From: Octopus bimaculoides
Taxonomy: Eukaryota
NCBI RefSeq assembly: GCF_001194135.2
Contig: NC_068984.1
Span: 144,753,179 to 144,811,028, forward strand
Direction of reading: 5' to 3'
DNA length: 57,850 nucleotides
Below the pieces are notes generated by a model, which made no database searches, was not told the DNA's origin, and saw nothing but the letters and a program-made list of their open reading frames with translations. Shown one piece after another: positions 1 to 11,701 of the stretch; positions within the stretch are counted from its first letter, which is position 1, and each line of letters starts with the position of its first letter. Made by a program: the position numbers and the translations under genes.

Positions 1-504
1 CTTATAGAAGCTTACATTTTTTCCCTCCCAACCGCCTCCACCACACGTACGTCAAGCTCTAGGAACAGTGTAGAGTCAACATTATTCAAATTCAAACTTA
101 AATCTATAAGGGGACGAAATTGAATCAATAAAGGGAAGGGTAATTTTTTTTGTGAGGTTAGTGGGTAATATCAGTAAAGAGAGCTGCATTTATTTTCTTT
201 TTTTCCCCCCGTTCGAGATCGGTTCAAATTGATGATGACATGGATATGCGAACCATATCAAGAATACAACACAGAAGTATGAATGAAAAAAAAAAAAAAA
301 AAAAGCAGAAATAAGATATAACAGTGTACCGTTTGAGCAGCTGCTTGGAATGGTTGCTTCACCGTCTGCACCACGTTTGCATTAAAATTGATTTGTCATC
401 TAGACTTATCTCCCCTACATGCTTTCTCGCTTCTTGTTGCCAAAATATTTATTTATTTTATTGCTTTTTCTCTTCCCAACCATCAGAAGAATTTAAAGAA
501 CATG

Positions 505-655
505 AAAGGTGGAGGAGGAGGAAAGAGTAGTGTTGGAGGAGGAGGAAAGAGTAGGAGTAGGAGGAGGTGAGGAAGAGTGAGGAAATAGGAGGAAGAAGAG
601 TGGAGTAGGAGTATAAAAGAAGGTGTGAGATCGTGGAGTAGGAGGAGGAAAGGTA
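505..655 (+). repeat. Purine-rich (GGA/GTA)n low-complexity tract
   Basis: ggaggaggaggaaagagtag-type units repeated. Confidence 0.85.
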
Positions 656-1668
656 CTAGGACAGAGTGTAAGTTAAGAATTTCGTAAAGGCTTTGAATGG
701 CTGGAATATGGCTCAGTTCCGGCTTGCGTTGCTGACGTAAATTGTGGGCAACAGAAAGAGGTAGTCATAGGAACATTTCTTTCTCTCTCTCTTTTTTTTT
801 ATTAGTATTTTTATTTTCTCAAACTGATGCACATGGTTTTGTTTTTGTTGCTTTCATTCTCGTATTCCATTCTGCACTGAACTGAAGTCAACGACCTGAA
901 ATGAGTTAACTACGACAAACACGTATAAAGGTCAGAGGAGTGTCTTTCTTCATTCATTCATTTATCAAAATAGAAACTTTCCTTCACTTATTTCATTCAT
1001 TAAGAACGTAACGGTTTACTAAGGATGACTAGGGGACAACATGCATGTCCCTCGGCTGAAAATATTTTGTGTTCGTATATAAGTCAGTGCTTTAGTTTTG
1101 TGGGGCAGAGGTAGTGAACAGCACTTCACAGTATATTATTCCAACAAGGGTTAAACCTCCTTATTATACTCTACCATCTAGAAAATAAATATAAAAAAGG
1201 AGCAATAGATATGAACATATAACAGTGGTTTTGGCTATAAAGAATCTAAAAGAGGCTATAGGTCTGTTCGGGGGAAGTTTACCTAGAAGTTGAATGAAAG
1301 AGACAGGTTTAAAGGGTTCCATAATAATGGTAGGTCTATAGTGAAATTGAATGGTGAAAGTGGTCTTCAGACTGAGACCCAGCCTAAATGCATGCAACAG
1401 AATGGCCTTCACTGGAGGCATCTAAGTGACAAATTGTGGTATTAAATCGGGCGAACAGAAACGGTTTCTCCAGAGGGCTTCAACGCAGTTTCCGTTTACC
1501 AAATTTTTGCGAAGGTAAAGAATATGCACACTACCCGTTGTTATGGTTGGGTTAAGATTACGTTTAGGGTTAGGGTTACGCCGAAAACAGGTGGTGTGCG
1601 TATTTTTTTACCTCCGCCCCAAATTTCATCCACAAAGCATTGGTCAGTACAAAAACGTTTGTCTACAG

Positions 1669-1986
1669 CAGCGTTTTTCAAACTGTGGGTCGCGACAAAA
1701 AAAGAAGGGAAGAAAAAGAAAACTCAGCGGGTGCAAAGTACGGAATATAAACAACTCTAAATGTCGCACAGCATTCATAAACCATCGCTAGTTTTACCGA
1801 TTTCTCCCACGACGAGGCAAGCTTTACCAATCAAAACATAACCGGACATATTATGAATTTATTATACATATACAAAAAGGATGTTATCGCAGTCAAAATA
1901 ACTTAAAGGTTTTGACCAAGGCATGGGTCACAATGAAAACGTGGTTCTTGCTGTGGGTTGCAGCAAAAAAAGTTTGAAAAGCGCTG
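1669..1986. mobile_element. hAT (Charlie-type) MITE
   Basis: TIRs CAGCGTTTTTCAAACT and AGTTTGAAAAGCGCTG (15/16 complementary). Flanking 8-mers gtctacag and gactagag match at 6/8 and resemble the NTCTAGAN Charlie target. Confidence 0.8.
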
Positions 1987-2813
1987 GACTAGAGTGCTGC
2001 TTGTTGGAATTGAACTTGACATCATACCTGCACCCGTTTTAACATTTGGTTTTTAAATTTCCTTCCTTAGGAAACTGCTTCTCCTTTCATATATTAAGCC
2101 CCTTTTATTCTGATAGGGTAGCTCTATGTTCAAAAGCTTTCATGTCGTGACTACCCTGCCTTGTTTTCAAGAATACTGTATCTATTTGCCCTTTCCTTTG
2201 CTTTTTAAAGATAGTATGGGGTGATTTGAAGGAGACTTTGGATGCTATTTTCAAGTAAGTCGCATATAAATTTGGCAAGCATTTTCCTACATTAGCAGGT
2301 GTAAACAGATTGAGGCACTGAACGATAAAAAGACTGCATTACAACCTTCTGAATGACGGACGGTTTCGCTTCGAAATTAACATGAATCGTTGGGATAGCA
2401 AGCTCGCTTGCTTTGTTATTCTGGGGAAATATTTATAGAATTGTTTTTTCTTCTTGTAAGATCGATGGAAACCACTAATTATAACTAATCAACGAACTTT
2501 ATTAATCCTCTTAAATATATAGTATGAAACTTTATTTTCAATCCTTAGATATTTCGAAAACGCGAAAACTAAAATCTTAATCATGCATCTGACCTCACAG
2601 CTACTTCCTAAAATTTCTGGCCTTGTGCTAAAATCTGAGACCATTCTTATTATAATCTTAGGTGGCGAGCTGGCAGAATCGTTAGCATGTCGGGCAAAAT
2701 CCTTAACAGCATTTCACCGATCGCTACGTCCTGAGTTCAAATTTTGCAAAGATCGACTTTGCCTTTCATCCTTTCGGGGTCGATAAAATAAGTACCAGTT
2801 GGGCACTGAGGGT

Positions 2814-3266
2814 GGCACTGTCATGGTATTAGCTGTGAGAAGTGAAAGTAGAAAAATCTGACAAGGAACGTTACTGCTGGTTTGAGTTGATTCTTTGGCT
2901 ACTGACAGCTAATACCATGACTGGCCGGAGCGAGCTATCTGTCTGTCTGTCTCTCTCTCTCTATCTATCTATCACTCGAAAGTTATTGGAACAAATTCGA
3001 CACCTATATCCATGCGTTTGAAAACACAGAGTGGTCTCGAACGCGCAGTCGCGCGTCCGCGCTAGCTAGTCGTGAGTGGTCGATCCTATTATTTTTAAAC
3101 TTCAAACTTCATTTGTTTTCTATTTTGATAAATTCTCTCTGTTGAAAATTATATTTTTATATTTTAAATAATTTGCAATTTCAGAAAATATATTTTTATA
3201 TTAAATTTGCGTTTTCTAATTTGATAAATTCTACGGACACAGAGGTGAACGAGTGATAGATAGATA
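2814..3266. mobile_element. Composite inverted-repeat insertion splitting a SINE (possible Helentron/HINE-like element or nested MITEs)
   Basis: 17-bp IR at 2820-2836/2905-2921, (GTCT)n-(CT)n-(TATC)n microsatellite, and a second 17-bp IR at 2962-2978/3250-3266. The SINE body ends at ~2812 and its tail resumes at 3267. Confidence 0.5.
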
Positions 3267-3374
3267 TAATCGACTTATCCCCTTCCCTGAAATTGCTGGC
3301 CTTGTGCCAAAATTTGAAGTCATTATTATTACCATTATCTTAATGCAATTTGCTGTGATATTATTATCGTTAGC

Positions 3375-3770
3375 TAAGGCGGAGAGCTGATTTCGTCTGC
3401 CGCTACGTTCTGAGTTCAAATTCCGCCGAGGTCGACTTTGCCTTTCATCTTTTCGGGGTCGATAAATTAAGTACCAGTTACGCACTGGGGTCGATGTAAT
3501 CGACTTAATCCCTTTGTCTGTCCTTGTTTGTCCCCTTTATGTTTAGCCCCTTGTGGGCAATAAAGAAATAAACGTTAGCAGGCCGGGCGAAATGCTTAGC
3601 GGTATTTCGTCTGCCGTTCCGTTCTGAGTTCAAATTCTGCCGAAGTCGACTTTGCCTTTCATCCTTTCGGGGTCGATAAATTGAGTACCAGTTGCGTACT
3701 GGATCAACCTAATCGACTGCCCCCCCCCTCCCCAAAAATTTCGGCCTTGTTCCTAGAGTAGAAAAGGATA
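3375..3770 (+). mobile_element. Two tandem copies of a tRNA-derived SINE family (central gactttgcctttcatcctttcggggtcgataaa-taagtaccagt) with two different tails
   Basis: B box gagttcaaattc and a conserved central block. Further copies at ~2640-2812(+), 4235-4440(-), 16760-16950(+), 17709-17923(-), 21090-21240(-), 22220-22380(-), 22780-23530(- cluster), 25500-26115(- cluster), 42530-42745(-), 49970-50170(-), 57040-57390(-). Confidence 0.85.
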
Positions 3771-4621
3771 TTAATATCGAGTCTGTAAAGGGTGGAACAG
3801 AGTGTAACACTCTGAGCAGTAATCAATTTCGTTGATTTATGACGGGGTTCAAATCCTACCAGTTATCTTCGGCATTGCACTTTATTCCACCGTTTTGTCT
3901 ACAGGAAATATTTAATTAATATTCAATAAAATCAGCTGCTTCAACACAATAGCTGTGTGTATATATATATGTGTAGGTACAAATTTTATATTGTAATAGA
4001 AATTTATACATTGCGTTGTGTTTTCAAATCCTGCCATGGATTACTGGGGAGGGCGGGGAGCGGACTAAATCCGTCGCTTGGTTCATCCATCACTTGGCAC
4101 ATTTATCGGGGTGAAGCCTATTACAAGAATTCAGGCCAATCCCCACTTTAACGATTCTTCCTACTTTCCCTGCCAGTTATACAGGTCTTGTAAAGGGTCA
4201 TGAGTAAGCCTTTCTCTCTTGACAGTGAGAACAACAATTTCAAATTTTGGCATACGACTAGCAATTTCGGGTGAGGAGGAAGATAGTCGATTACATCGAC
4301 CCCGGTGCTCACCTGGTACATATTTTATCGACCCCGAAAGGATGAAAGGCAAAGTGATATTTGAATTCAAATCGTAAAGTCGGAAGAAATGCCCCTAAGT
4401 ATTTTGTCCGTCGCAGTAACGATTCTTTCAGCTAAACGATTCTTGGGTTTTACGCGAAACCGATTGAGTTATTTAACCGATAAAAATGTAAACTTCTCAT
4501 TTTCCGATTTGTAATTGAATGATACAAAGTTCATTAATTAAGCCCAACACCAGCGTCTATTTAAAATGCAGGGCTGACAAACCAACCTGAAAAGGAACAA
4601 AGTCCAAAATAATAATAATAA

Positions 4622-5067
4622 GGTTATGTACATTGTTTTGTCTTGGTATAAAAGATGGGCTACAGCAAATATTCTGCTTAGTACCACAGATTTGCTTGTC
4701 AGTTGTTTGACCTTAACTAGTTGAGCACGTCCCTTAGTGGCTGACGATATGTGTTGAGAGGAATTCTTTGGAGTTTGAATAATTCACATTTGGAAACATG
4801 GGTGTTTCGTTCATCATCCTTAAACAATCCTCATTTAGGAACCTACTGAGCGGGATGGGCTATTCAACTTGAAGAAAATTCTAACTGGGCCCCACCTGAA
4901 AGTTCATGCGCTGTTTATCTTGATATGAGATCACCATGTTGTGCACATGTGGTTGTGATGCATATGCCTAGTGTACCCTTGTCAGACGGGTAGTCATGAT
5001 GGGTATACTGAGCTTCGTATAATTGTACCACGGTGTCACTTTGATGGCATGCGCTGCTCTCTCACTC
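4622..5067 (+). mobile_element. Interspersed repeat bounded by (AAT)n on both sides; second partial copy inverted at ~13904-14160
   Basis: The same sequence (gagtgagagagcagtgcatgccatcaaagtgacac...ggtggggcccagttagaatttt) recurs at 13904-14160, again abutting a (TAT)n tract. Confidence 0.75.
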
Positions 5068-5098
5068 AATAATAATAATAATAACAATAATAATGATG

Positions 5099-5127
<29 letters not shown>

Positions 5128-5129
<2 letters not shown>

Positions 5130-5400
5130 GGCAATGGAAAATGAAGAAGGTGAAGATTATTGTTGGGTCCTTGGGAAGAGTTTCAGAAAGCATCAAGAGG
5201 AATATAAAGGAAATTGGAATAGAGTGCCCAGTAGAACTGTTACAAAAGGTTTGCCTCGTTGACACGGCCAGAATAATCAGGAAAGTATTAGTCAGCTGAA
5301 GAGAACGGATAGCATGGTACCGTAGGCTGCAGGTAGCAAGACCGCTACGCATGCAAGACTTCAGGAGCTCCAACAAAACCTGTGATAAAGAAAAATATAA
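5128..5400 (+). mobile_element. 5'-truncated R4/Dong-type non-LTR retrotransposon (REL-domain C-terminus plus 3' UTR) adjoining an (AAT)n tract
   Basis: RQWKMKKVKIIVGSLGRVSESIKRNIKEIGIECPVELLQKVCLVDTARIIRKVL* resembles the C-terminal (V/I)GALG...LQK...GTARI.RKVL end of R4-clade ORFs (from memory). It begins directly after (AAT)n 5068-5127. Confidence 0.72.
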
Positions 5401-5509
5401 TTTTCTTTTATTAGCCACAAGGGCAAAGTTGAAGCGGACTAAAAACCAAAATCGTGCATTTTGTTGTCAAATTAAGAATATGGAAGGGAGATAACTCCCA
5501 TGTGTTGTC

Positions 5510-6623
5510 AGGATTACATTTTGTATTTTCTGCGAGACTTTCATATCGTCTGCGTAGCTAGCAAGGGTGGCTATCCATGCAGCTGAGGGCATATCTGAGA
5601 GGACCACTATGAAAAGCAGTGGTCCCAAGACAGTGCCTTGTGGAGCACCACTCACTATTTGTGTTTTCTTTGAGGGGGCTCCATTTGGCCACCACTGCCT
5701 GGCTTCTATCTTTCTGAAAGTCATGTAACCACTTTCCAAGTTTTTCATTATGTTGTAAGAACTGGGTCAGGCAGTTCCTGCCTGGTCGAAATCCATGCTG
5801 GGTATCTCTCAGCAAGTCGTTTTCTTCAAGGAATGTGATTAGTTTCCCTCTGACTATTTGTTCCATGACTTTGCTGAGTCAGAGAGATAGGCCTATAGTT
5901 TTTGGCATCTGCTCTGCTTCCTCCGTTATGGATTGGGCATATTATTCCCTCCTTCAGTTTGTTTGGCAGCCTGCCATTTGCAAGAAAGCTCTGGAAGAGA
6001 ATCTGTAGTGGTTTCACCAGGGCATGCTTACACAATTTGAGGAGGATTGCTGGGAAATCATCAGGGCCAGCAGTTGAGTTTGCGTCCACCTCATCTATGG
6101 CTAGTAGTATATTTTCTTCACTAAGGTCGATGTAATCTATCGTAACTGCCTCGCTGGTTATAGGTGAGGTGGCAAAGAAATCCATCAGTTCATTCACTTG
6201 TCTGTATTCCAACAGGGTGGTAAAGACACTTTTGAACTGGTCATTCAGTACCTCACTGATCCTGGCTGGACTGAGGGAGCCATCCTTTTGGAAGACGGAT
6301 CCTATTTTGCAGTGTACTGAGGCTTTTTCTTTGACTTAATGTTTTTTATGACCCTGGCTTCTTTGTCTGCTCTCTCCCTCACATAGGATTGTTGCAGGCT
6401 TTTTTCAATCTCCATCAATGTTGTTCTTAAGTAGGACCTTTCACTACTTTCGGAATATTGGTTGAAGTGATTTGCAACCTTCGTCCAGCATCTCATGAGA
6501 ATCTTCCTCTCCCTTGGAATTTTGTTCCTATTTGTTTTGGCCTTGTGCTCTGGGACATATTTCTGACATATGGCTTGCACAATAGACATGAAACATTCTA
6601 GTTTCATGTCAATGTCTGGTGTG

Positions 6624-6625
<2 letters not shown>
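5510..6625 (-). mobile_element. Decayed CR1/L2-group LINE, pre-RT and RT region, frameshifted and internally deleted
   Basis: ORF fragments carry AGPDDFP, NYRPISLT, QHGFRPGRNCLTQ, PQGTVLGPLLF and YADD in collinear order across three frames. Confidence 0.92.
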
Positions 6626-6659
<34 letters not shown>

Positions 6660-7780
6660 ATACACACACTCACACACACATATATCATCATCATCGTTTA
6701 ACATTTTAACATCCACCTTCCATGCTGGCATGGGTTGGATGGTTTGACTGAGGGCTGGCAAACCAGGAGGTTGCACCAGGTTCCAATCTGATCTGGGAAG
6801 GTTTCTACAGCTGGATACCATTCCTAATGCCAACCACTCTGAGACATTATATATATATATATATATATATATATAATGTATATATTTATGTATACATATA
6901 TATATATAAATATGTGCATATATATATATAAATATATGCATAAATATATATCAAACACCATTCAATTTTTTTCTCCGTGTTTTTCTCCTTGTTTTCTCCG
7001 TATTCTTTCTGTTGAAGAGCGTAGCTCGAAAGTCAAAGACTTTCTCTATTCCCGAGCGTCATACTAATACATCTTTTGTTGTTTACACCACCTGTCCTCG
7101 TCTGTTGTTGTTTTTTTTCGTACATTCTCCCATATAAATATATGTGTGTGTTTGTGTGTTTACATCCATATAACCTTGCAGTTGAGCAAAAGAGAGGCCG
7201 ATAGAGTATGTACCAGACTTTACTAATAAGTGTTGGGGGTTGTGCTCCATCATGGCCACGGTCTGATGACTGAAAGAAGTAAAAGTTACGAAATGGAATA
7301 TTTCGATTTAAATACAAACATTTGAAGAACAAGATTTTCTATCATAAAAAGACAAAAAAGAAAAACAATTGTAGGTGGTTACAGGTAGGCAGATACATAT
7401 AAAAAAGAAAGAACAGCTAATTATGATAATTAAGAAACAAATATAATTATTAGAAATAATCAGTGAGAAATACCTTGAGCTGTGTTTCCCACAGCTTATG
7501 TTTTCTGGTGATGTGTGAACAGAGTTTTTTAATAATGAAAATAAAACTTGTCTTTCACTAACCTTTCGTATACATTTCCATACATAGATACACTCATACC
7601 ATCACGTACAGTCACACTCACACTTTCACACTCTTGTACTGAGCCACACACTCACTCACACTCACCCTTTCACACACCTGTGCTGAGTCACATGCACACA
7701 CTGTCAGATACATGTATTCCACACTTTGGCACCCTCGTACCATACCTACATTTACCATACAATGTATAACAACATAATCA

Positions 7781-7830
<50 letters not shown>

Positions 7831-8882
7831 ATACACACACACACAAAATGACACTTTTATATGTACAAAGACTAAATAAAGCTCATAAAAAAAAGTAAAG
7901 CTTTCCTTTATCTCACTCAATTCCTCCCTCCCCCACCGCCACCATATTTGTTCTCTCGTTCATACACAACTAATAAAAGCTTCTATGAAGTGACTTGATC
8001 TTCTAGAAATAGCAGATGATTTTTGCTTCAAATCATACGATGCCTTCTTGGAAGTATTTGGGATGGACGCACCTTTTCTGTTGTGACTTGTTAGTCAAGG
8101 CTGACCCACCACCATACAGAAACAACAATAACAACACATCCCTCTCTCTCTCTCTTTCTCTTTTACACACACATGTGCCAGTGTGGCTATAGGGGCAAGC
8201 ATGGCTTTGAATGGCTCAGAAGTTTGCTTCCCAACCACATGGCTTCGGGGTTTAGTTCTACTGCACACTACCTTGGGTAACTGTCTTATGCTATAGCCCC
8301 ATGCCAAAAGGGTTTTGCTGATGGAAACTGAAAGAAGCCTACTGTGTGTGTGTACCCTTGTGTGGAATCAGATGATGGTTGTAAATGAGTATCACTGTTA
8401 TACAAGCGATGTTGTTCATTTGCAATCTTCCATGAAAAACATGTCAGGCTATGGGGAAAGAGCTTGCTTGGAGACAGGTGATGGTTGGTGACAGGAAAGG
8501 TATCCAACCATAGAAAATCTGCCTCAACAAATTCCATCTGGCCCATGCAAGCATGGAAAAGTGGACACTAAACAATGATGATAATGTCGATGATTTATAT
8601 ATATATATATGTATGTGTGTATATATATATATATGTATATATATANNNNNNNNNNNNNNNNNNNNNNNNNNNNNNNNNNNNNNNNNNNNNNNNNNNNNNN
8701 NNNNNNNNNNNNNNNNNNNNNNNNNNNNNNNNNNNNNNNNNNNNNATATATATATATATATATATATATGAAGTGCAGGAATTGCTGAACCTCTAAGTTA
8801 TGGGTATGTAAGCACCAACATCGGTTGTTAAGCGATGGTGGGTGGGGACAAACACAGGCACACAAATACATAAATACACGCA

Positions 8883-8938
<56 letters not shown>

Positions 8939-9168
8939 TGCATATACATGCACACACACATATATATATATATGATTGTTAAACAGGACATGTTTAACAA
9001 TTATATTTCTGCTACATTGGAAATCTGCAGTGACTCTTTAACTATCATCTTGGCTGTAACCTTGGAGCCTCAGCCATCCGTTACAGCACTTAACCTAGCG
9101 TACCTAATTGTTTAGATTACCTGTGAACTAAACCCCCCATACTTTTTATATATTTATATATATATGAC

Positions 9169-9328
9169 AGGCTTCTTTCAGTTTCCATTTACCAAATCCT
9201 CTCACAAGGCTTTGGTCGGCCCATGGATATAGTAGAAGACACTTGCCCAAAATATCACGCAGTGAGACTGAACCTGGAACCATGTGGTTGGGAAGCAAGC
9301 TTCTTACTACACGACCACTCCTGCACCT
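9169..9328 (-). mobile_element. tRNA/CORE-type SINE (head ggctgtgtggtaagaagcttgcttcccaaccacatggttccgggttcagtccc; CORE-like ccttgggcaagt)
   Basis: Pol III boxes plus a MIR-like ccttgggcaagt. Copies at ~8180-8350(+), 15400-15535(-), 18960-19110(-), 29360-29502(+), 39285-39440(-), 40480-40760(-), 47720-47885(-), 54440-54600(+), 56615-56700(+), 56865-56950(+). Possibly an octopus OR-type SINE (not verified). Confidence 0.8.
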
Positions 9329-9355
9329 CATGCCCCAAAACTAAACACAAATGCA

Positions 9356-9427
9356 CAGTACTTGGTTACACAGTACTTGGTTACACAGTACTTGGTTACA
9401 CAGTACTTGGTTACACAGTACTTGGTT
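9356..9427. repeat. 15-bp minisatellite (cagtacttggttaca) x4.8
   Basis: Exact tandem copies read directly. Confidence 0.95.
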
Positions 9428-9808
9428 TTAATGTTTTAATCTAAAGCATTAAAACAATTGTGATCTTAAGTTTTCAAATTGTTTGACCTTACATCAAGGT
9501 CAAACAATTAAGATATGAAAAGGTGAAATTGCTGCAGGTGAATGGAGAATGAAGAGAAAGACAGAGGATTCAGTTTGGAATTTAAGCAAAAGGTTTTGCT
9601 TTTTAAAAAATGTAGGTAAGGAGTGTTACACCAGGAACTTAAGTGACAGGTTAAGGTTTTTAACGAATAGACTGACGGAGGGAAATTAGCAGCAGGTACA
9701 GTAATGGGAATGAGATAGAGCAGTGTGAGTGTTGTGGGTGCACAGAAAATAAAGGTGTCAAATTGAAAGGTAAGGTGTGGTTAGTTGGATTTTGATACTG
9801 GACAAATA

Positions 9809-10690
9809 TTAGGTTGTTTCACATGAAATGTTGCATTTTTGATTAATTGTTATTTCAGTCATTTGAATACTCAATTATGTATACCTTGAATTTCCTTTTC
9901 CTTTCCTAACAATATTAGTACACAAAATTCCTAACCACAGACCTTATGAAAATGACAACAGCCAAACTATGTTGAGTGATTTTCTCGCATGAAAACAAAC
10001 TGGGTCACTCTGCCACAGAAGCTCTATGGAATATCAAGCGGGCCTTTGGTGATGATTTTCTTGATATCAGAACTGTTTAGAGATGGTTCCAAAGCTCTCG
10101 TTCAGGAGATGATAGCCTTGAAAATAAACCAAGGGGTAGGCCAAAATCAGTTATTTGGCATGATGGATTAAATGCTTTGGTTGAACAAAATCTGAGAACA
10201 AAGGTTTGTAAACTTTCATCACAACTCCAAACATCTCACACAACTGTTTTTGGACACCTGTAAAGAAATTGGAAAAGTCAAGAAAACGGATAGGTTTGTT
10301 CCACATCAACTGAACAAGATTAAAAAAACAGACGCCTCAAAGTGTGCTCCTTATTGCTTTTTCGACTGGAAAAAAGACCATTTTTGCATCAAATCATTAT
10401 TTGTGATGACAAATGGATATTCTTTGACAACAGCAGGAGAAAAGCTCAGTGATTAGATGCCGCAGAGTCACCTAAACACTACCGAAACCCACCATTGCAA
10501 CCTAAAAAGTTAATGGTCACTGTATGGTAGTCTGCGAAGGGAGTTATTGCAACAAAAAAAACGGTAACCGCAACATCGTATTGTCAGGAAATTGATTGGA
10601 TGCATGAGAATTTAAAAAAGCAGCAACCCAGACTAGTAAATAGAGGTTGCCCAATTTTGCTCCATGACAATGCATATCCTCACACTCCTC
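9809..10690 (+). mobile_element. Mariner transposon remnant with 5' TIR and a disrupted transposase, 3'-truncated
   Basis: TA then TTAGGTTG...TIR start at 9807-9816. Translation gives HSATEALWNIKRAFG, RWFQ..RSGD.SLE..PRGRP, FVPHQL (WVPHEL), IIICDDKW (first catalytic D), KKLMVTVW and ILLHDNAYPH (second D). Stops and frameshifts present. Confidence 0.93.
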
Positions 10691-11194
10691 AAGCTTCTCC
10701 TCCCATTTCGTCAACTGACATTTGACAAACCACAGACCCATGCTTTCACGGAAACAGCCAAATTGAAGTGTTTTCACTTTGCTGAGTCACAAAGAAAGAA
10801 TAGCCCTTTGATTGAATATAGATTCATAGCACACAGTTTAGTCTGCCACATTTAGCAACCGTGGAATTTGAATATTGTTTGGAAACTTTTGCCTTTGTAA
10901 AATCAGTTTTCAATGGCTGAAATTGCTTTTTGTTTTTGTAGATTTATTGATTTTCTAGAAATATTTTCATTTTTTGATCTTCAAGTAGAATAGATAAGTT
11001 TGTTTTGAATGTAGTTAAATATTTTATAAATTCTTGAGTTAAATGTAAATAAAAATGGCAAAACATTTTACTGAGTTTTATTTTTCTGAGATGATGGGAA
11101 ATCTAAGCATTTTGTTGTTTCTACTCCATAAAATCAGGGGAAAAAATGCATATTTCCTGATGATTGAAGGGTACTTTTAAATGGGCCGGTTATG

Positions 11195-11445
11195 CTGCAC
11201 TGGCACAGGCCACGGTTACGGTCTCACTTGGCTTGCTGGGTCTTCTCAAGCACAGCATATCTCCAAAGGTCTCAGTCACTTGTCATTGCCTCTGTAAAGC
11301 CCAAAGTTGAAAGGTCATGCTTCACCATCTCATCCCATGTCTTCCTGGGTCTACCTCTTCCACAGGTTCCCTCCACTGTTAGGGTGAGACACCTCTTCAC
11401 ACAACTGTCCTCATCCATATGCAACACACACAAGACAATACCAGC
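11195..11445 (-). mobile_element. RTE-clade LINE ORF C-terminal fragment
   Basis: VLHMDEDSCVKRCLTLTVEGTCGRGRPRKTWDEMVKHDL..LGFTEAMT is a typical RTE C-terminus (GRGRPRKTW). Confidence 0.88.
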
Positions 11446-11598
11446 ACAGTCGTCTCTTTTGCACACCAGCAGGTGTATTAGTTTAATATTTGGGAAAGTC
11501 TTTTGTGTTTCGAGCCTATTCTCTTCAACAGAAAGGAATAAGAGAATAGACAGAGAAAGAATAAGTAAATTTGTGGATTTAGCAATCAAGCATGACAG

Positions 11599-11701
<103 letters not shown>

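Noticed and set aside
218-390. Exon-like segments at 218-276 and 326 onward on the plus strand
   Set aside because: GAG acceptor, an implausible 49-nt A-rich intron, ambiguous frame and no recognisable product. It could belong to a gene extending left of the window but is unsupported.
1548-1580. TTAGGGTTAGGG telomere-like motif
   Set aside because: Only two perfect units; too short to call an interstitial telomere.
9356-9427. Regular short repeats considered as a CRISPR-like array
   Set aside because: No spacers, eukaryotic context; a simple minisatellite.
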